Of a stretch of DNA of 64,000 nucleotides, positions 19,334-28,920 are shown piece by piece. A program made the translations under genes and the position numbers. Source of the DNA: a bacterium (GTDB taxonomy: Bacteria; UBA8248); the NCBI GenBank assembly GCA_965219955.1, contig OZ244799.1:3904001-3968000 (forward strand), given 5' to 3'. How positions within the stretch are numbered: position 1 is the first letter of the stretch; each line of letters starts with the position of its first letter. The notes below the pieces were generated by a model. That model saw only the letters and a list, made by a program, of their open reading frames with translations. It had not been told where the DNA came from and did no database searches.

Positions 19334-21121
19334 TTGACCCGCATGAATGGTGGCCAGATCATCGTCGATTATCTCATTCAGGAAGAGGTTCCCTACGTCT
19401 TCGGCCTGTGCGGCCACGGGAACATCAGCTTTCTGGACGCGCTCCATGAGCGCACCGGCGAGATCAAGACGCTCTCGGTGCGCCACGAATCGCTCTCAGG
19501 CTTCATGGCGGACGTCTATTACAGGGTGGCGGGCAAACCGGTGGCGACGTTCACTTCCTGCGGGCCGGGTTCGGCGAACATGCCGATCTCTCTCGCCAAC
19601 GCCTTTTTCGATTCCGTCCCCTTTCTGGCCGTGACGGGCAACATCCCCACCAACCAGTTCAACCGGGGGGCGTTCCAGGAAACCTACCGCCACTACCAGG
19701 CGGATTTCCCCTCCACCGTGCAGGCTTACTGCAAGCGGGTGTACCAGCCCACGCGGGCGGAGATGGTGCCGCAGTTCACCCGACAGGCCTGGAAGACGAT
19801 GATGACGGGCAGGCGCGGCCCCGTCGTGCTCGACGTGCCTTTCGACATCTTCAAGGAAGAGGCCGAGGTGGAGATGCCGCAGGCTTCTGCGTGGAACGCG
19901 AACATCTCCTGCCGCTGCGGGGCGGACCCGGAGGGCGTGAAAAAGGCCGTCCAGATGCTCTCCGCCGCCGAGCGGCCCGTGATTCTCGTGGGCCAGGGCG
20001 TGAAATACGCAGGCGCCGCCGCGAAGATGGTCGCCCTCGCCGAGAAGCTGAAAATCCCCGTGGCTTGTTCATCGAGCGGGATGGGGGCCATTGACGCGCA
20101 GCATCCCCTGGCTCTGGGACTCATCGCGAGAAACGGGACCTACCCGGCGAACCACGCCGCGCGCCAGGCCGACGTTCTGCTCGCGCTCGGCGTGCGCTTC
20201 GACGATCGCACCTCGAGCAGCTGGCTGCCCGGCTATTCGTTCAACATCCCGCCGACCAAGCTGATTCACGTGGATATCGACCCCGAGGAAATCGCGCGGA
20301 ACTACCCCGTGGCCTTAGGATTGATGGCGGACGTGGACGTCTTTCTCGATCAGGTGAACGAGGCGCTCGGCGCGGGGGAGAACGTGGAAATTCCAGAGGC
20401 GAGAGAGGCTTGGCTTCGCAAGATCGACGGCTGGCGGAACGAGTGGGAGGAGTTTACGGCTCCCGGCTACCGCGAGGACACCGAGCCCATGCACCCCCAG
20501 CGGGCGGCGCATGAGATCGACAAGGCCCTGCCCGATGACGCCATCCTCATCAGCGACGTAGGCGTCCACCACAACTGGCTGATTCAGTGCTGCCGCCCCA
20601 AGGGGCCGCAGTCGCTCATCGGCTCGATGGGGTTCGGCGCGATGGGCTTCGGCGTGGCGGGGGTGCTGGGGGCCAAGCTGGCCGCACCGGAGAGGCCCTG
20701 CGTCGCGGTGTGCGGAGACGGCGCTTTCGCCATGCACCTGAGCGCCATCATGACGGCGGTGGAATACGACATCCCCGCCGTCTGGGTCGTCTGGAACAAC
20801 TACGCCTTCGCCTCCATCCGGGGGCTTCAGCGCGGCTATCTGGGCGGCCGCGAACTCGCCACCGATTTCCAGGAGCACGCCTCCGCCAGGCCGTACAATC
20901 CCGGTTTCGCCGCCATGGCGGAATCCGCGGGCGTCGCGGGCGTGCGGGTGGACAGGGCGGCCGATTTGAGCGAGGCGGTGGATGCGGCGGTGAAGGCCGG
21001 ACGCCCGTATGTGATCGACGCGAACATCCAGGGAGAGGAAAACCCCAGCGGCGCGGGCGCCTGGGAGTTGCCCGGCCTGGGATACGGAGAGCCCGCCATC
21101 GGCGAGCGGACCATTCTTTAG
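19334..21121 (+). CDS. ThDP-dependent enzyme, acetolactate synthase-like
   Basis: FGLCGHGN, VRHE, GDGAF...WNN ThDP motif. Confidence 0.92.
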   Translation: MTRMNGGQIIVDYLIQEEVPYVFGLCGHGNISFLDALHERTGEIKTLSVRHESLSGFMADVYYRVAGKPVATFTSCGPGSANMPISLANAFFDSVPFLAVTGNIPTNQFNRGAFQETYRHYQADFPSTVQAYCKRVYQPTRAEMVPQFTRQAWKTMMTGRRGPVVLDVPFDIFKEEAEVEMPQASAWNANISCRCGADPEGVKKAVQMLSAAERPVILVGQGVKYAGAAAKMVALAEKLKIPVACSSSGMGAIDAQHPLALGLIARNGTYPANHAARQADVLLALGVRFDDRTSSSWLPGYSFNIPPTKLIHVDIDPEEIARNYPVALGLMADVDVFLDQVNEALGAGENVEIPEAREAWLRKIDGWRNEWEEFTAPGYREDTEPMHPQRAAHEIDKALPDDAILISDVGVHHNWLIQCCRPKGPQSLIGSMGFGAMGFGVAGVLGAKLAAPERPCVAVCGDGAFAMHLSAIMTAVEYDIPAVWVVWNNYAFASIRGLQRGYLGGRELATDFQEHASARPYNPGFAAMAESAGVAGVRVDRAADLSEAVDAAVKAGRPYVIDANIQGEENPSGAGAWELPGLGYGEPAIGERTIL

Positions 21122-21165
21122 GGATGTGATAGATAGCGGGCCGTGCCCGCGTAAGGAGACGAAAG

Positions 21166-21786
21166 ATGAACGATGAAGCAAGACTGCGCGCGGCTGCGGA
21201 CAAGCTCGAGATGATGGAGGTCGCCATGTTCTCGCACAACTGCCGGGATTCGGGCGACTGGGACGGCCTGCTGGATTGTTTCCACCCCGATGCGGACATC
21301 ACCACCTCGTGGTTCATGGGCAACGCGCACGCGTTCATCACCGAATCGCGCGACATGATGCAGGGCCATCACCCCGATGACACCCAGAAACACGTCGCCG
21401 GCAACGTGCGCGTCCGCGTGAATGGGGAACGTGGCGTGTGCGAGTATTACCTCACCCTCCACCAGAGGCGGACGATGGACGGGTATGATTTCGACTTCTC
21501 GACCTGGAGCAGCGTGGTGGATCTGTTCGAGCGCAGGGACGGGCGCTGGCGCGTCATCAAGCGCACGATGATTTACGAGAAAGACAGGATGGATCCCCAC
21601 AAGCCGGGCGAGGTGCCCGCGTCTTATTTCCAGGAGATGGACCTGACGCCCTACCCCAGGGCGCTTCGCTACCATTGCTGGCGCAACGAGAAATTCAGCG
21701 GCAGCCCGCCGTCCGCGAATCTGGTGATGGAAGGAACCGAAAAGGCGCGAGCGATCCGGGAAGAAGCGCGACGCTGGGTGCCGTGA
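21166..21786 (+). CDS. SnoaL-like/NTF2-family protein
   Basis: RDSGDWDGLLDCFHPDA, DLFERRDGRWRV. Confidence 0.8.
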   Translation: MNDEARLRAAADKLEMMEVAMFSHNCRDSGDWDGLLDCFHPDADITTSWFMGNAHAFITESRDMMQGHHPDDTQKHVAGNVRVRVNGERGVCEYYLTLHQRRTMDGYDFDFSTWSSVVDLFERRDGRWRVIKRTMIYEKDRMDPHKPGEVPASYFQEMDLTPYPRALRYHCWRNEKFSGSPPSANLVMEGTEKARAIREEARRWVP

Positions 21787-21799
21787 CCCGCCTGGAAGC

Positions 21800-22954
21800 C
21801 TACAACAATTCCAGATAAATCCGCTTCATGTCTTCCGTGTCGGCGGGTACGGGGTTCGTCGCCACCGTGGTGCTGGCGGCCGCCTCGTGCGCCATGCGGT
21901 CGAGATACTCCGCTTTCGCGCCGATGGCCGCGAGCGATTCAGGGACCTCGATGTCGTCCGCCAGGGCGCGGACGCGCTCGATGGCGAGTTCCGCGTCCAA
22001 TGTATCGTCCGCTCCCTCGTCGGGGTTCGCCAGAAGCGGGGCCAGCCGGGCGTAGGTATCGCGCATGGCGGGCAGGTTGAAGCGCATCACGGGGGCCAGG
22101 AGTATCCCGTTCGTGGTGCCGTGGTGGCCGCCGAAGAAGTTGAAGACCGGGTGCGTAAGGCCGTGCACGATGCCGAGGCCCGTGTTGGTGAAAGAAGCGC
22201 CCGCAAGACAGGCTGCCAGCGCCAGCGGGTCGGCGGCATCGGGGTCTGAGGGATCGGCGACGAAGCGCCGGGCGTTCTGTCCGATCAGGCCGATGGCTTC
22301 GAAGCAAAGCGCCTGCGACCAGGGGTTCGCGCGCGGGGAGCCGAGCGATTCCACCGCATGGGTCAGGGCGTCCATGAGCGCGCCCGCGGCGAAGAATTTG
22401 GGCAAGGTCGCCAGAAGCGAGGAATCCACCACCGCCACGTCGGCGTAGAGCGCATCTGAGTGGATGCTCGATTTGGTGCCGCGCTCGATGTCGGTGATGA
22501 TGGAGGCGCGCGTCACCTCGCTGCCCGTGCCCGCCGTGGTCGGGACGGTGATGAAGGGCGGGATGGATTTCTCCACCGTATCCGCGCCGTAGTAGTCGCT
22601 AATCTTTCCGCCGTTCGCGAGGAGCGCCCCCATCGCCTTGGCGGTGTCGATGGCGCTTCCCCCGCCCACGGCGATGATTCCGGAACAATCGTTCGCCTCA
22701 TAAAACGCCTGAGCGCGCGTGATGCTCGGGTCTGAGGGGTTGGGCTCCACGTCTTCATACAGGCGGTATGGGACGCCCGCCGCATCAAGCCCCTCCGTCA
22801 CGGAGTCGAGCACGCCGGCCGCAGAAAGTCCCGGGTCCGCGAGAAGCATGGGGCGCGTCATATCGAGACTCTTCGCTTCGGCGCCGATGCAGGCGGCCTC
22901 GCCCCTGCCGAAGCGCACGCGCGGCACGGCGGACATGCGGAAAGGATCGATCAT
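21800..22954 (-). CDS. Iron-containing alcohol dehydrogenase
   Basis: GGGSAID, PTTAGTGSEVT, DALTHAVE, HGLTH, HG. Confidence 0.93.
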   Translation of the reverse strand: MIDPFRMSAVPRVRFGRGEAACIGAEAKSLDMTRPMLLADPGLSAAGVLDSVTEGLDAAGVPYRLYEDVEPNPSDPSITRAQAFYEANDCSGIIAVGGGSAIDTAKAMGALLANGGKISDYYGADTVEKSIPPFITVPTTAGTGSEVTRASIITDIERGTKSSIHSDALYADVAVVDSSLLATLPKFFAAGALMDALTHAVESLGSPRANPWSQALCFEAIGLIGQNARRFVADPSDPDAADPLALAACLAGASFTNTGLGIVHGLTHPVFNFFGGHHGTTNGILLAPVMRFNLPAMRDTYARLAPLLANPDEGADDTLDAELAIERVRALADDIEVPESLAAIGAKAEYLDRMAHEAAASTTVATNPVPADTEDMKRIYLELL

Positions 22955-23001
22955 GGCTGTTTTCTCCCTCTGGCAATGTTCATGCGGCTTCGTTTCGCGG
23001 T

Positions 23002-23367
23002 TCATCCCCCGCCTGCGAGCGTTTCTCGCGGCGGCCAGTCTCCGGATCGGTTCTTGAAAGAAAGATAGACGAGAACGTCAGATCCTAAGTTTCTAAGCTC
23101 ATGCTCCACGCCCAGGGGGATGTGGACCACCTCGCCCGCGCCCAAGGTCTTTTCTTCTTCTCCGACGCGGAACCAGCCCGTGCCCTCTAAAATATGGATG
23201 ATTTGCTCGCAGCCGTGGCTGTGCGGGCGTGTCGCCTTGCCGGGCGGCTGCTCCTGGCGCGTGAGGGTGGTGAACGCGCCGAGGATCATGCTGCCCTCTG
23301 AATCCGTGGTGGAGACGATGTTGCGCTTTTTCAGGTCGTCCCAGCGGTAGAAGGGCATGGCGCGCAT
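23002..23367 (-). CDS. Cupin domain protein
   Basis: HSHGCEQ...G motif 1; IPLGVEHELRN motif 2. Confidence 0.85.
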   Translation of the reverse strand: MRAMPFYRWDDLKKRNIVSTTDSEGSMILGAFTTLTRQEQPPGKATRPHSHGCEQIIHILEGTGWFRVGEEEKTLGAGEVVHIPLGVEHELRNLGSDVLVYLSFKNRSGDWPPRETLAGGG

Positions 23368-23391
23368 CCTCTCATTTAGAGCGGCGGGCGT

Positions 23392-24435
23392 TCAGCCCTG
23401 GACGGATTCGGCGATTCTCGCCTGGAGAAGCTCGTAGTTCGGGCGGCCCATCTCTACCTCGCCGTCGTCTATCATCCGCGCGATCTCTGTCACCGCGTCG
23501 TTGTAGGGAGTGGGGATGCCGAGCTCTCTCGCCCTGCGCGAGACGAGGCCGTTGATGTATTCCATCTCGCTCTTCCGGCCCTTGATGTGGTCCTGAATCG
23601 GGGCGGTGCGCGAACGGGGCCCCACGTGTTCGAGCAGCGTCTTCATGGCCGTGACGAGCACCTGATCGTCAGAACCCGCGAAATCATCCGATGAGAGGCC
23701 GAACACCGGCTCCACCCCGTAGCCCAGGGCTTCGCCCACCGCCATCGCCTCTTTTCCGAGTCCGACCGAAAGCTCGATGACGCCCGGAAGCTCCTTCGTT
23801 TCGGCGTTCTTGAGGCCCAGCAGGCCGAAGGGCCCCATCGTCATGCAGTTGGCGATGAGCTTCGTCCACTTGGTGCCCTCGATGTTGGGCGTGACTTCGG
23901 TGACGGCGACGTGCGCGAAGATGTCGCGAACCTCTTCCGCGCGCGGGGTGACCGAGCCGTCCAGTTCTCCCACGGCGAACCAGGTGCCCTTGCGGGGCGT
24001 GTTACGCTGGATGAAGCCGGGCGTGAAAATCTCCGCCGAGAGTTCCACGCAGCAGCCCACCACGCGCTCGCGCCCGATGACCGACGCGATCGTATCGTTG
24101 TTCATGCTGTTCTGCGCCCCGACGAATATGCCGTCGCTCTTCAGGTAGGGCTTGATGAGTTCGCACATCCAGCGGGTGTCGTAGGATTTAACGATGAGCA
24201 GGACGATGTCGAAAGTCGTCCGGAGCGAGGCCAGCTCGCACAGATGGTGCGCGCGCAAAGGCGGCGTTTTGAGGTCCAGGTCCGGCATCTGGACGTGGAG
24301 ACCCTTCTCGCGCATCACCTCCACGTGCTCGGGCCATTGGTCGATGACGGTGACGTCGAGACCTGCGTCGGTCAGGTCGGCGGACACGCTGCCGCCGATG
24401 GCGCCTGCGCCGAGAACGGCGATCTTCTTGTTCAT
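23392..24435 (-). CDS. Ketopantoate reductase family protein
   Basis: GAGAIGG, VKSYDT, QN, KWTKL, SEMEYING. Confidence 0.88.
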   Translation of the reverse strand: MNKKIAVLGAGAIGGSVSADLTDAGLDVTVIDQWPEHVEVMREKGLHVQMPDLDLKTPPLRAHHLCELASLRTTFDIVLLIVKSYDTRWMCELIKPYLKSDGIFVGAQNSMNNDTIASVIGRERVVGCCVELSAEIFTPGFIQRNTPRKGTWFAVGELDGSVTPRAEEVRDIFAHVAVTEVTPNIEGTKWTKLIANCMTMGPFGLLGLKNAETKELPGVIELSVGLGKEAMAVGEALGYGVEPVFGLSSDDFAGSDDQVLVTAMKTLLEHVGPRSRTAPIQDHIKGRKSEMEYINGLVSRRARELGIPTPYNDAVTEIARMIDDGEVEMGRPNYELLQARIAESVQG

Positions 24436-24506
24436 GCTGCACCTTGCCTTTCGGGGCTCCCGCCCTCAAGAGAATGAGAATGATGCTGCAAAATTGCGTT
24501 CGGTGA

Positions 24507-25682
24507 TTAAAAATACTTCATCGCGCGGATCCGCTGCGCCTGGTTGGTACCCGCCGAGTGGAGGAAGCTGATGACGTCGCGCAGGTATTTCTCCATCGGC
24601 GCTTCCGTCATGTAGCCCGTACCGCCCCAGACTTCGAGTGCGCGCGTGGCGATGCGGAAACCGGCTTCTGAAGTATACGCCTTGGCCATGTAGCCGAGCT
24701 TGGGGTCGTAGTTATCGCGCATCGCCCGCCAGGCGGCGTAGTGGAGCATCCGGCGCGAAGCCTCGTACTCGACGAAGCAATCCGCCAGCATGAAGCCCAC
24801 GCCCTGGTGTTCGATGATGGGTTTTCCGCCCTGGATTCTCGTTTTGGCGAATTCGAGCGCGTCCTCATAGGCGGCGCGGGCGGGTCCCAGGTTCGTGGCG
24901 GCGGATTCGATGACCGAGCCTCGCGAAAACGGGCCCGAGCGGGCCGCCACGCCCCCGCCGACCGGCGTGACGCGGTATTCATCCGAGACGCGGCAGTTCT
25001 CGAAGATGAGTTCCGCGTTCTGGGAGAGCTGCTGGCCCATCTTCTCGTGGATCTTCCCGATGGAGAAGCCTTCCATATCGGGCGTCACCATGAAGTAGGT
25101 GACGCCTTGCGAGACGCCGACGGTGGGGTCCGTGCGGCAGACGAGCACGTAGAGCTTGGCGATGCCCCCGTTGCTGATGTAGTGCTTCTTCCCGTTGATG
25201 ATCCAGTCATCCCCGTCTCGCACCGCGCTCGTGCGGACGCCGAGTCCGGGGCCTTCTTCGGGGATGAAGTTCTCGGAACCCACCTCGGGCTCCGTCATCC
25301 CGACGGCGAGGTGGAAGCGGTGATCCTCCAAAAACGCGGGCAGGAATTTCGCGCGTTGCTCCTCGTTCCAGACGATGTCGAGGAAATGAATGATCTTCCA
25401 GGTCTGGTCGAACGTGACGGCCACGCCCAGATCCCCCCAGCCGATCTCCTCGCCCACGATGCAGAGCGTGAGTATGTCGGCCCCGCCGCCGCCTGTCTCC
25501 TCGGGGATGGAAAGCGTCCTCAAGCCCAGCCTGCTCCCGGTCTCGAGAATATCCCAGGGGAACCGCTCGGCGGGGTCGGTGATCCGCTCGCGCGCGTGGG
25601 CGTGGGGCTTGAGTTCATCTCTGGCGTAGTCGTGCGCCAGTTTTTGCAGTTCGAGTTGTCTTTCGGTGAGGGTGAAATCCAT
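24507..25682 (-). CDS. Acyl-CoA dehydrogenase family protein
   Basis: MDFTLT, MTEPEVGS, INGKKHYISNG, RIQGGKPIIEHQ, MEKYLRD. Confidence 0.92.
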   Translation of the reverse strand: MDFTLTERQLELQKLAHDYARDELKPHAHARERITDPAERFPWDILETGSRLGLRTLSIPEETGGGGADILTLCIVGEEIGWGDLGVAVTFDQTWKIIHFLDIVWNEEQRAKFLPAFLEDHRFHLAVGMTEPEVGSENFIPEEGPGLGVRTSAVRDGDDWIINGKKHYISNGGIAKLYVLVCRTDPTVGVSQGVTYFMVTPDMEGFSIGKIHEKMGQQLSQNAELIFENCRVSDEYRVTPVGGGVAARSGPFSRGSVIESAATNLGPARAAYEDALEFAKTRIQGGKPIIEHQGVGFMLADCFVEYEASRRMLHYAAWRAMRDNYDPKLGYMAKAYTSEAGFRIATRALEVWGGTGYMTEAPMEKYLRDVISFLHSAGTNQAQRIRAMKYF

Positions 25683-25712
25683 CGCTCGCCTTTAAGGTTT
25701 AAGTGAAACGGC

Positions 25713-26747
25713 TCAGTCCATCACGATCGCCGCGCGGCCCGTAATCGCGCCCGCCTCCAGGCGTTCGTGCACCTTTTCGGCCTCTTCGAGTTTGTAGGTT
25801 TCCGTGACCAGGGGCCAGACCTCTCCGCGCGCGCAAAGCTCGAGAGATTCGATGATCTCCTGCCTGGTGAACGAGCGGCTGCCCATGACCTCCAGTTCCC
25901 CGTTCAGGAGGCTCCCGGCGGAAAGGCGAAACGGCTTGGGCGTGAAGCCGCCGAGCGTCACCAGACGACCTCCCTTGTCGAGCGCTTCGGCGGCGGCTTC
26001 GAGCGTGGTGTCCTGGGAGACGAAATCAATCGCCACGTTCACGCCCAGGCCGCCCGTGAGTTCGAGCAGCGCCTCCCTCACGTCGTCCTTCGAGGCGTCG
26101 ACGGTGGCCTCCGCCCCGAGTTCCTTGCACTGGGCCAGTTTTTGCTCGGAAACGTCCACGGCGATGACGCGCGCATTCGCCCAGCGGGCGAGCATGACCA
26201 TGTGGATGCCCACGCCGCCGCCCGCCCCGATGACGGCGACGGTCTCCATCGGCTCTATGCGAGCGCGGCGCACGACCTTGTAGGGGGTGACGATGGCGTC
26301 GCAGATGACGGCCACCTCGGCGGGATGGGCTTTGTAGTCCAGACTCTCCGGCACGTGAACGTAATTCCGCGCGGGGAGGTTGATGTATTCCGCATAGCCG
26401 CCATCGCAATGCCTGCCCACGAAGCCGGCCATGTTGTCGCATATGGGTTCGCGGTTCACCCGGCACCAGCGGCAGTGGCCGCACGTCAGGTAGCAGTGGA
26501 AAGTGACGATGTCGCCCGCCTTCACGTTCGAGACTCCGCCGCCCGTCTCGACGATCTCGCCCACCACCTCGTGGCCGATGATCATGGGATAGTCGATCTC
26601 CACGCGGCCCGCGCGCGCATGGTGGATCGTGAGGCCCGAGCCGCAGGCGATGACGCGCGCTACGGCTTCGCCCTCTCCGGGCGCGGGGTCGGGCACGTCT
26701 TCGTATGAAAAGGGCGCTCCTTTTTCCCTCAACACCATGGCCTTCAT
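25713..26747 (-). CDS. Zinc-dependent alcohol dehydrogenase (MDR)
   Basis: GHEVVG, CGHCRWC...C structural Zn, GAGGGVG; true start MKAMVL after GGAGG. Confidence 0.92.
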   Translation of the reverse strand: MKAMVLREKGAPFSYEDVPDPAPGEGEAVARVIACGSGLTIHHARAGRVEIDYPMIIGHEVVGEIVETGGGVSNVKAGDIVTFHCYLTCGHCRWCRVNREPICDNMAGFVGRHCDGGYAEYINLPARNYVHVPESLDYKAHPAEVAVICDAIVTPYKVVRRARIEPMETVAVIGAGGGVGIHMVMLARWANARVIAVDVSEQKLAQCKELGAEATVDASKDDVREALLELTGGLGVNVAIDFVSQDTTLEAAAEALDKGGRLVTLGGFTPKPFRLSAGSLLNGELEVMGSRSFTRQEIIESLELCARGEVWPLVTETYKLEEAEKVHERLEAGAITGRAAIVMD

Positions 26748-26969
26748 GAGAGCCTCCTTCCGAGAGAATCTCCTCGCGCGATGCAGAAACGCGAACATGT
26801 GTGATTGATGGCGGATAATATATCGGGATCCTCGGCAAAAGACTATAGCGAAGGAACGGGAATGACGAAGGTATAGAAACAGGTGGAAACTCGCTATATA
26901 CTCCGTACGTTCTTTGCCGCCTGATCGACATTGCGTGAAAGCCTGGGTTCGTTCGGCTCTCGGAAAGGG

Positions 26970-28370
26970 ATGGAAGTGAAGCCCTCGGGAACCTTCTGTG
27001 CGAGCTTTCTCATCATCGCCTTGCTGTATGGCTGCGGCGGCGGGGGAAGCGGCACTCCTGCTGTGCCTCCCGCCCCGCCGGCGGTGATGCCGCCGGCTGT
27101 ATTGCAACCCTCCACCAAGGCGGCGCAAGCGCCTCTTTTCGATTTCGGCGGTTCCCTGCATATCGGGATGGTGGATGTGCCTCCATCCGCGCGGCTTCAA
27201 ACGACTGGCGAGCGCAATGGCGTGGAAATCTCGCAGGGGCCGGTGCGGGACGGCTCCGTCGCCGCCGACGTCATCGAGTATCTGCGGCCGAGAGCGATTC
27301 ATCCCGAAGTCACAGGACTCGCGACGTTCCCTGATCCGCCGACCGTCCATGTCGTAATGGGAACGAGCGAGAAATACACCGACTATGCGGTGCGCGCCGT
27401 TCAGATCATCAACACCGCCTTGCCTCGTGATGCGCGCCTTTCGTTTGGTGATGCTCCCGCTCCGGATCCGGCGGACGTCGAAGACGTGCCGCGCGGCAGC
27501 ATCTATATCGAATTCATCCCGCAAGCGCAGTGGCCGGGGGAGGCTGATTTGGGTCGGAGTGCGGTTGGCCATACGCAATCCCGAATCATTTACACTCCCC
27601 GTGCGCAACGGAACGAAGTCGTGGAAGCCGGCTCTTCTCATATATTGATCGACAGCAGGGAAGTTCAAAATTTCCCTGAAGAAAAAACCGTCTACGTCAT
27701 CGTTCACGAACTGCTCCACGCCCTGGGTTTCTCCAGCCATACCGATCCGGGGCGCTTCCCGGATGCCACCTTGAACCCAGAAATCCCGCAGAACTTACCC
27801 CCGTTTCTTCTTTCCAAGATAGACCGCGATGCGCTGCTCGCGGCGTATGACAGATTCCGGCCCGGCGCCCTGCCGGAAGAGATATCGGCGGAGAATCTCG
27901 GTCCCTGGGATGAGACGTCGCTACATGGTCGGGGTGATCTGGGAATTCCGGGCGGGGAGGTTTCCTTCGGCGCCGCTTTCAGGAACGGCCTGGCGCAGCC
28001 TTGGGCCTCGGGGCCGGAGCCGCCGATGGATCTGGCGCAAAACCCGGAATTATCGGGAACCGCCACCTGGAGCGGCGCGCTGCTGGGCATTACGCCTTCA
28101 GGGCAGGTGGTCGCCGGCGATGCCGGCCTTGCCGTCGATCTGGCGGACCTGGATGGGCAACTCGACTTCACCAATCTGGAGTACGACGGCGGCGCGATGT
28201 GGGGAGACGGCGACCTCGGCTACTCGGTCGAGGTGCGCGGCAACGTCTTCACTCGATCGAGTGGTGATGCCGGGGAGGTCACGGGCGCTTTCTTCGGAAC
28301 CCGGCACGAGGGGATGGGCGGCGTTCTCGAGCGCAGTGATCTCTCCGCTGGTTTCGGCGGGAAGCGGTAG
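26970..28370 (+). CDS. Lipoprotein with metzincin motif and TbpB-like C-terminal beta-barrel
   Basis: Lipobox LLYGC followed by G/P-rich linker; HELLHALGFSSH; beta-rich tail ending GAFFG...FGGKR. Confidence 0.7.
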   Translation: MEVKPSGTFCASFLIIALLYGCGGGGSGTPAVPPAPPAVMPPAVLQPSTKAAQAPLFDFGGSLHIGMVDVPPSARLQTTGERNGVEISQGPVRDGSVAADVIEYLRPRAIHPEVTGLATFPDPPTVHVVMGTSEKYTDYAVRAVQIINTALPRDARLSFGDAPAPDPADVEDVPRGSIYIEFIPQAQWPGEADLGRSAVGHTQSRIIYTPRAQRNEVVEAGSSHILIDSREVQNFPEEKTVYVIVHELLHALGFSSHTDPGRFPDATLNPEIPQNLPPFLLSKIDRDALLAAYDRFRPGALPEEISAENLGPWDETSLHGRGDLGIPGGEVSFGAAFRNGLAQPWASGPEPPMDLAQNPELSGTATWSGALLGITPSGQVVAGDAGLAVDLADLDGQLDFTNLEYDGGAMWGDGDLGYSVEVRGNVFTRSSGDAGEVTGAFFGTRHEGMGGVLERSDLSAGFGGKR

Positions 28371-28577
28371 CCCTTCGACACAAACGCCGTTTCTGATTCA
28401 TCCTGCGTGAAAGCGGAGTGTCTTGGTTGGGTCTCCCTCTTGAGGGTCATTGGCAACCCCCTTGAAAGGCGAATCTCATAAAGGCAACCCCCCCTACCCC
28501 CCCTTGTCAGGGGGGCAAGAAAAAACCAAAACCCCTCAGCCCGGCGGGGGCGCATCGCCTTTATACCCCCCTGACAA

Positions 28578-28920
28578 GGGGTTGTTGAAAAAGTCTTGGT
28601 TTCGTGATTCGGGTTATGTAGCTGACCATCAAGGGATGAAACTTTATCCTCCCTTGTAGAGCGCCAATCAACCACTCCCCCCTTGAGGGGGAGTCGATGA
28701 GCTAAGGGCGTAAGCCCGCAAGCGAATCGGTGGGGGGATAATTCGGATGGCGATAAAACGCATTTTACCCCCCACCGAGTCAGCCTTCGCACAAAACGCT
28801 CGGCTTCCTCGTCTGGCTTTCCCCTCGGGAAGCCAGACCCTCAAGGGGGGAGTGATTTTTCTCTCTCGTCGGTCGGTTACATACGACAAATCCAGAGTTT
28901 CAGGGGTTTTTCAACAATCC
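28578..28920. mobile_element. Composite element: TGTTGAAAAA-bracketed arms enclosing element A (copy 2, 28672-28855, forward)
   Basis: GGGGTTGTTGAAAAAG...TTTTTCAACAATCC ends; arms homologous to 54423-54769. Confidence 0.75.

Noticed and set aside
26748-27740. Long N-terminal extensions on the Zn-ADH ORF (similarly the 29870, 57495 and 58466 ORFs)
   Set aside because: Open-frame run-through in GC-rich DNA over neighbouring real genes; internal starts match the family N-termini
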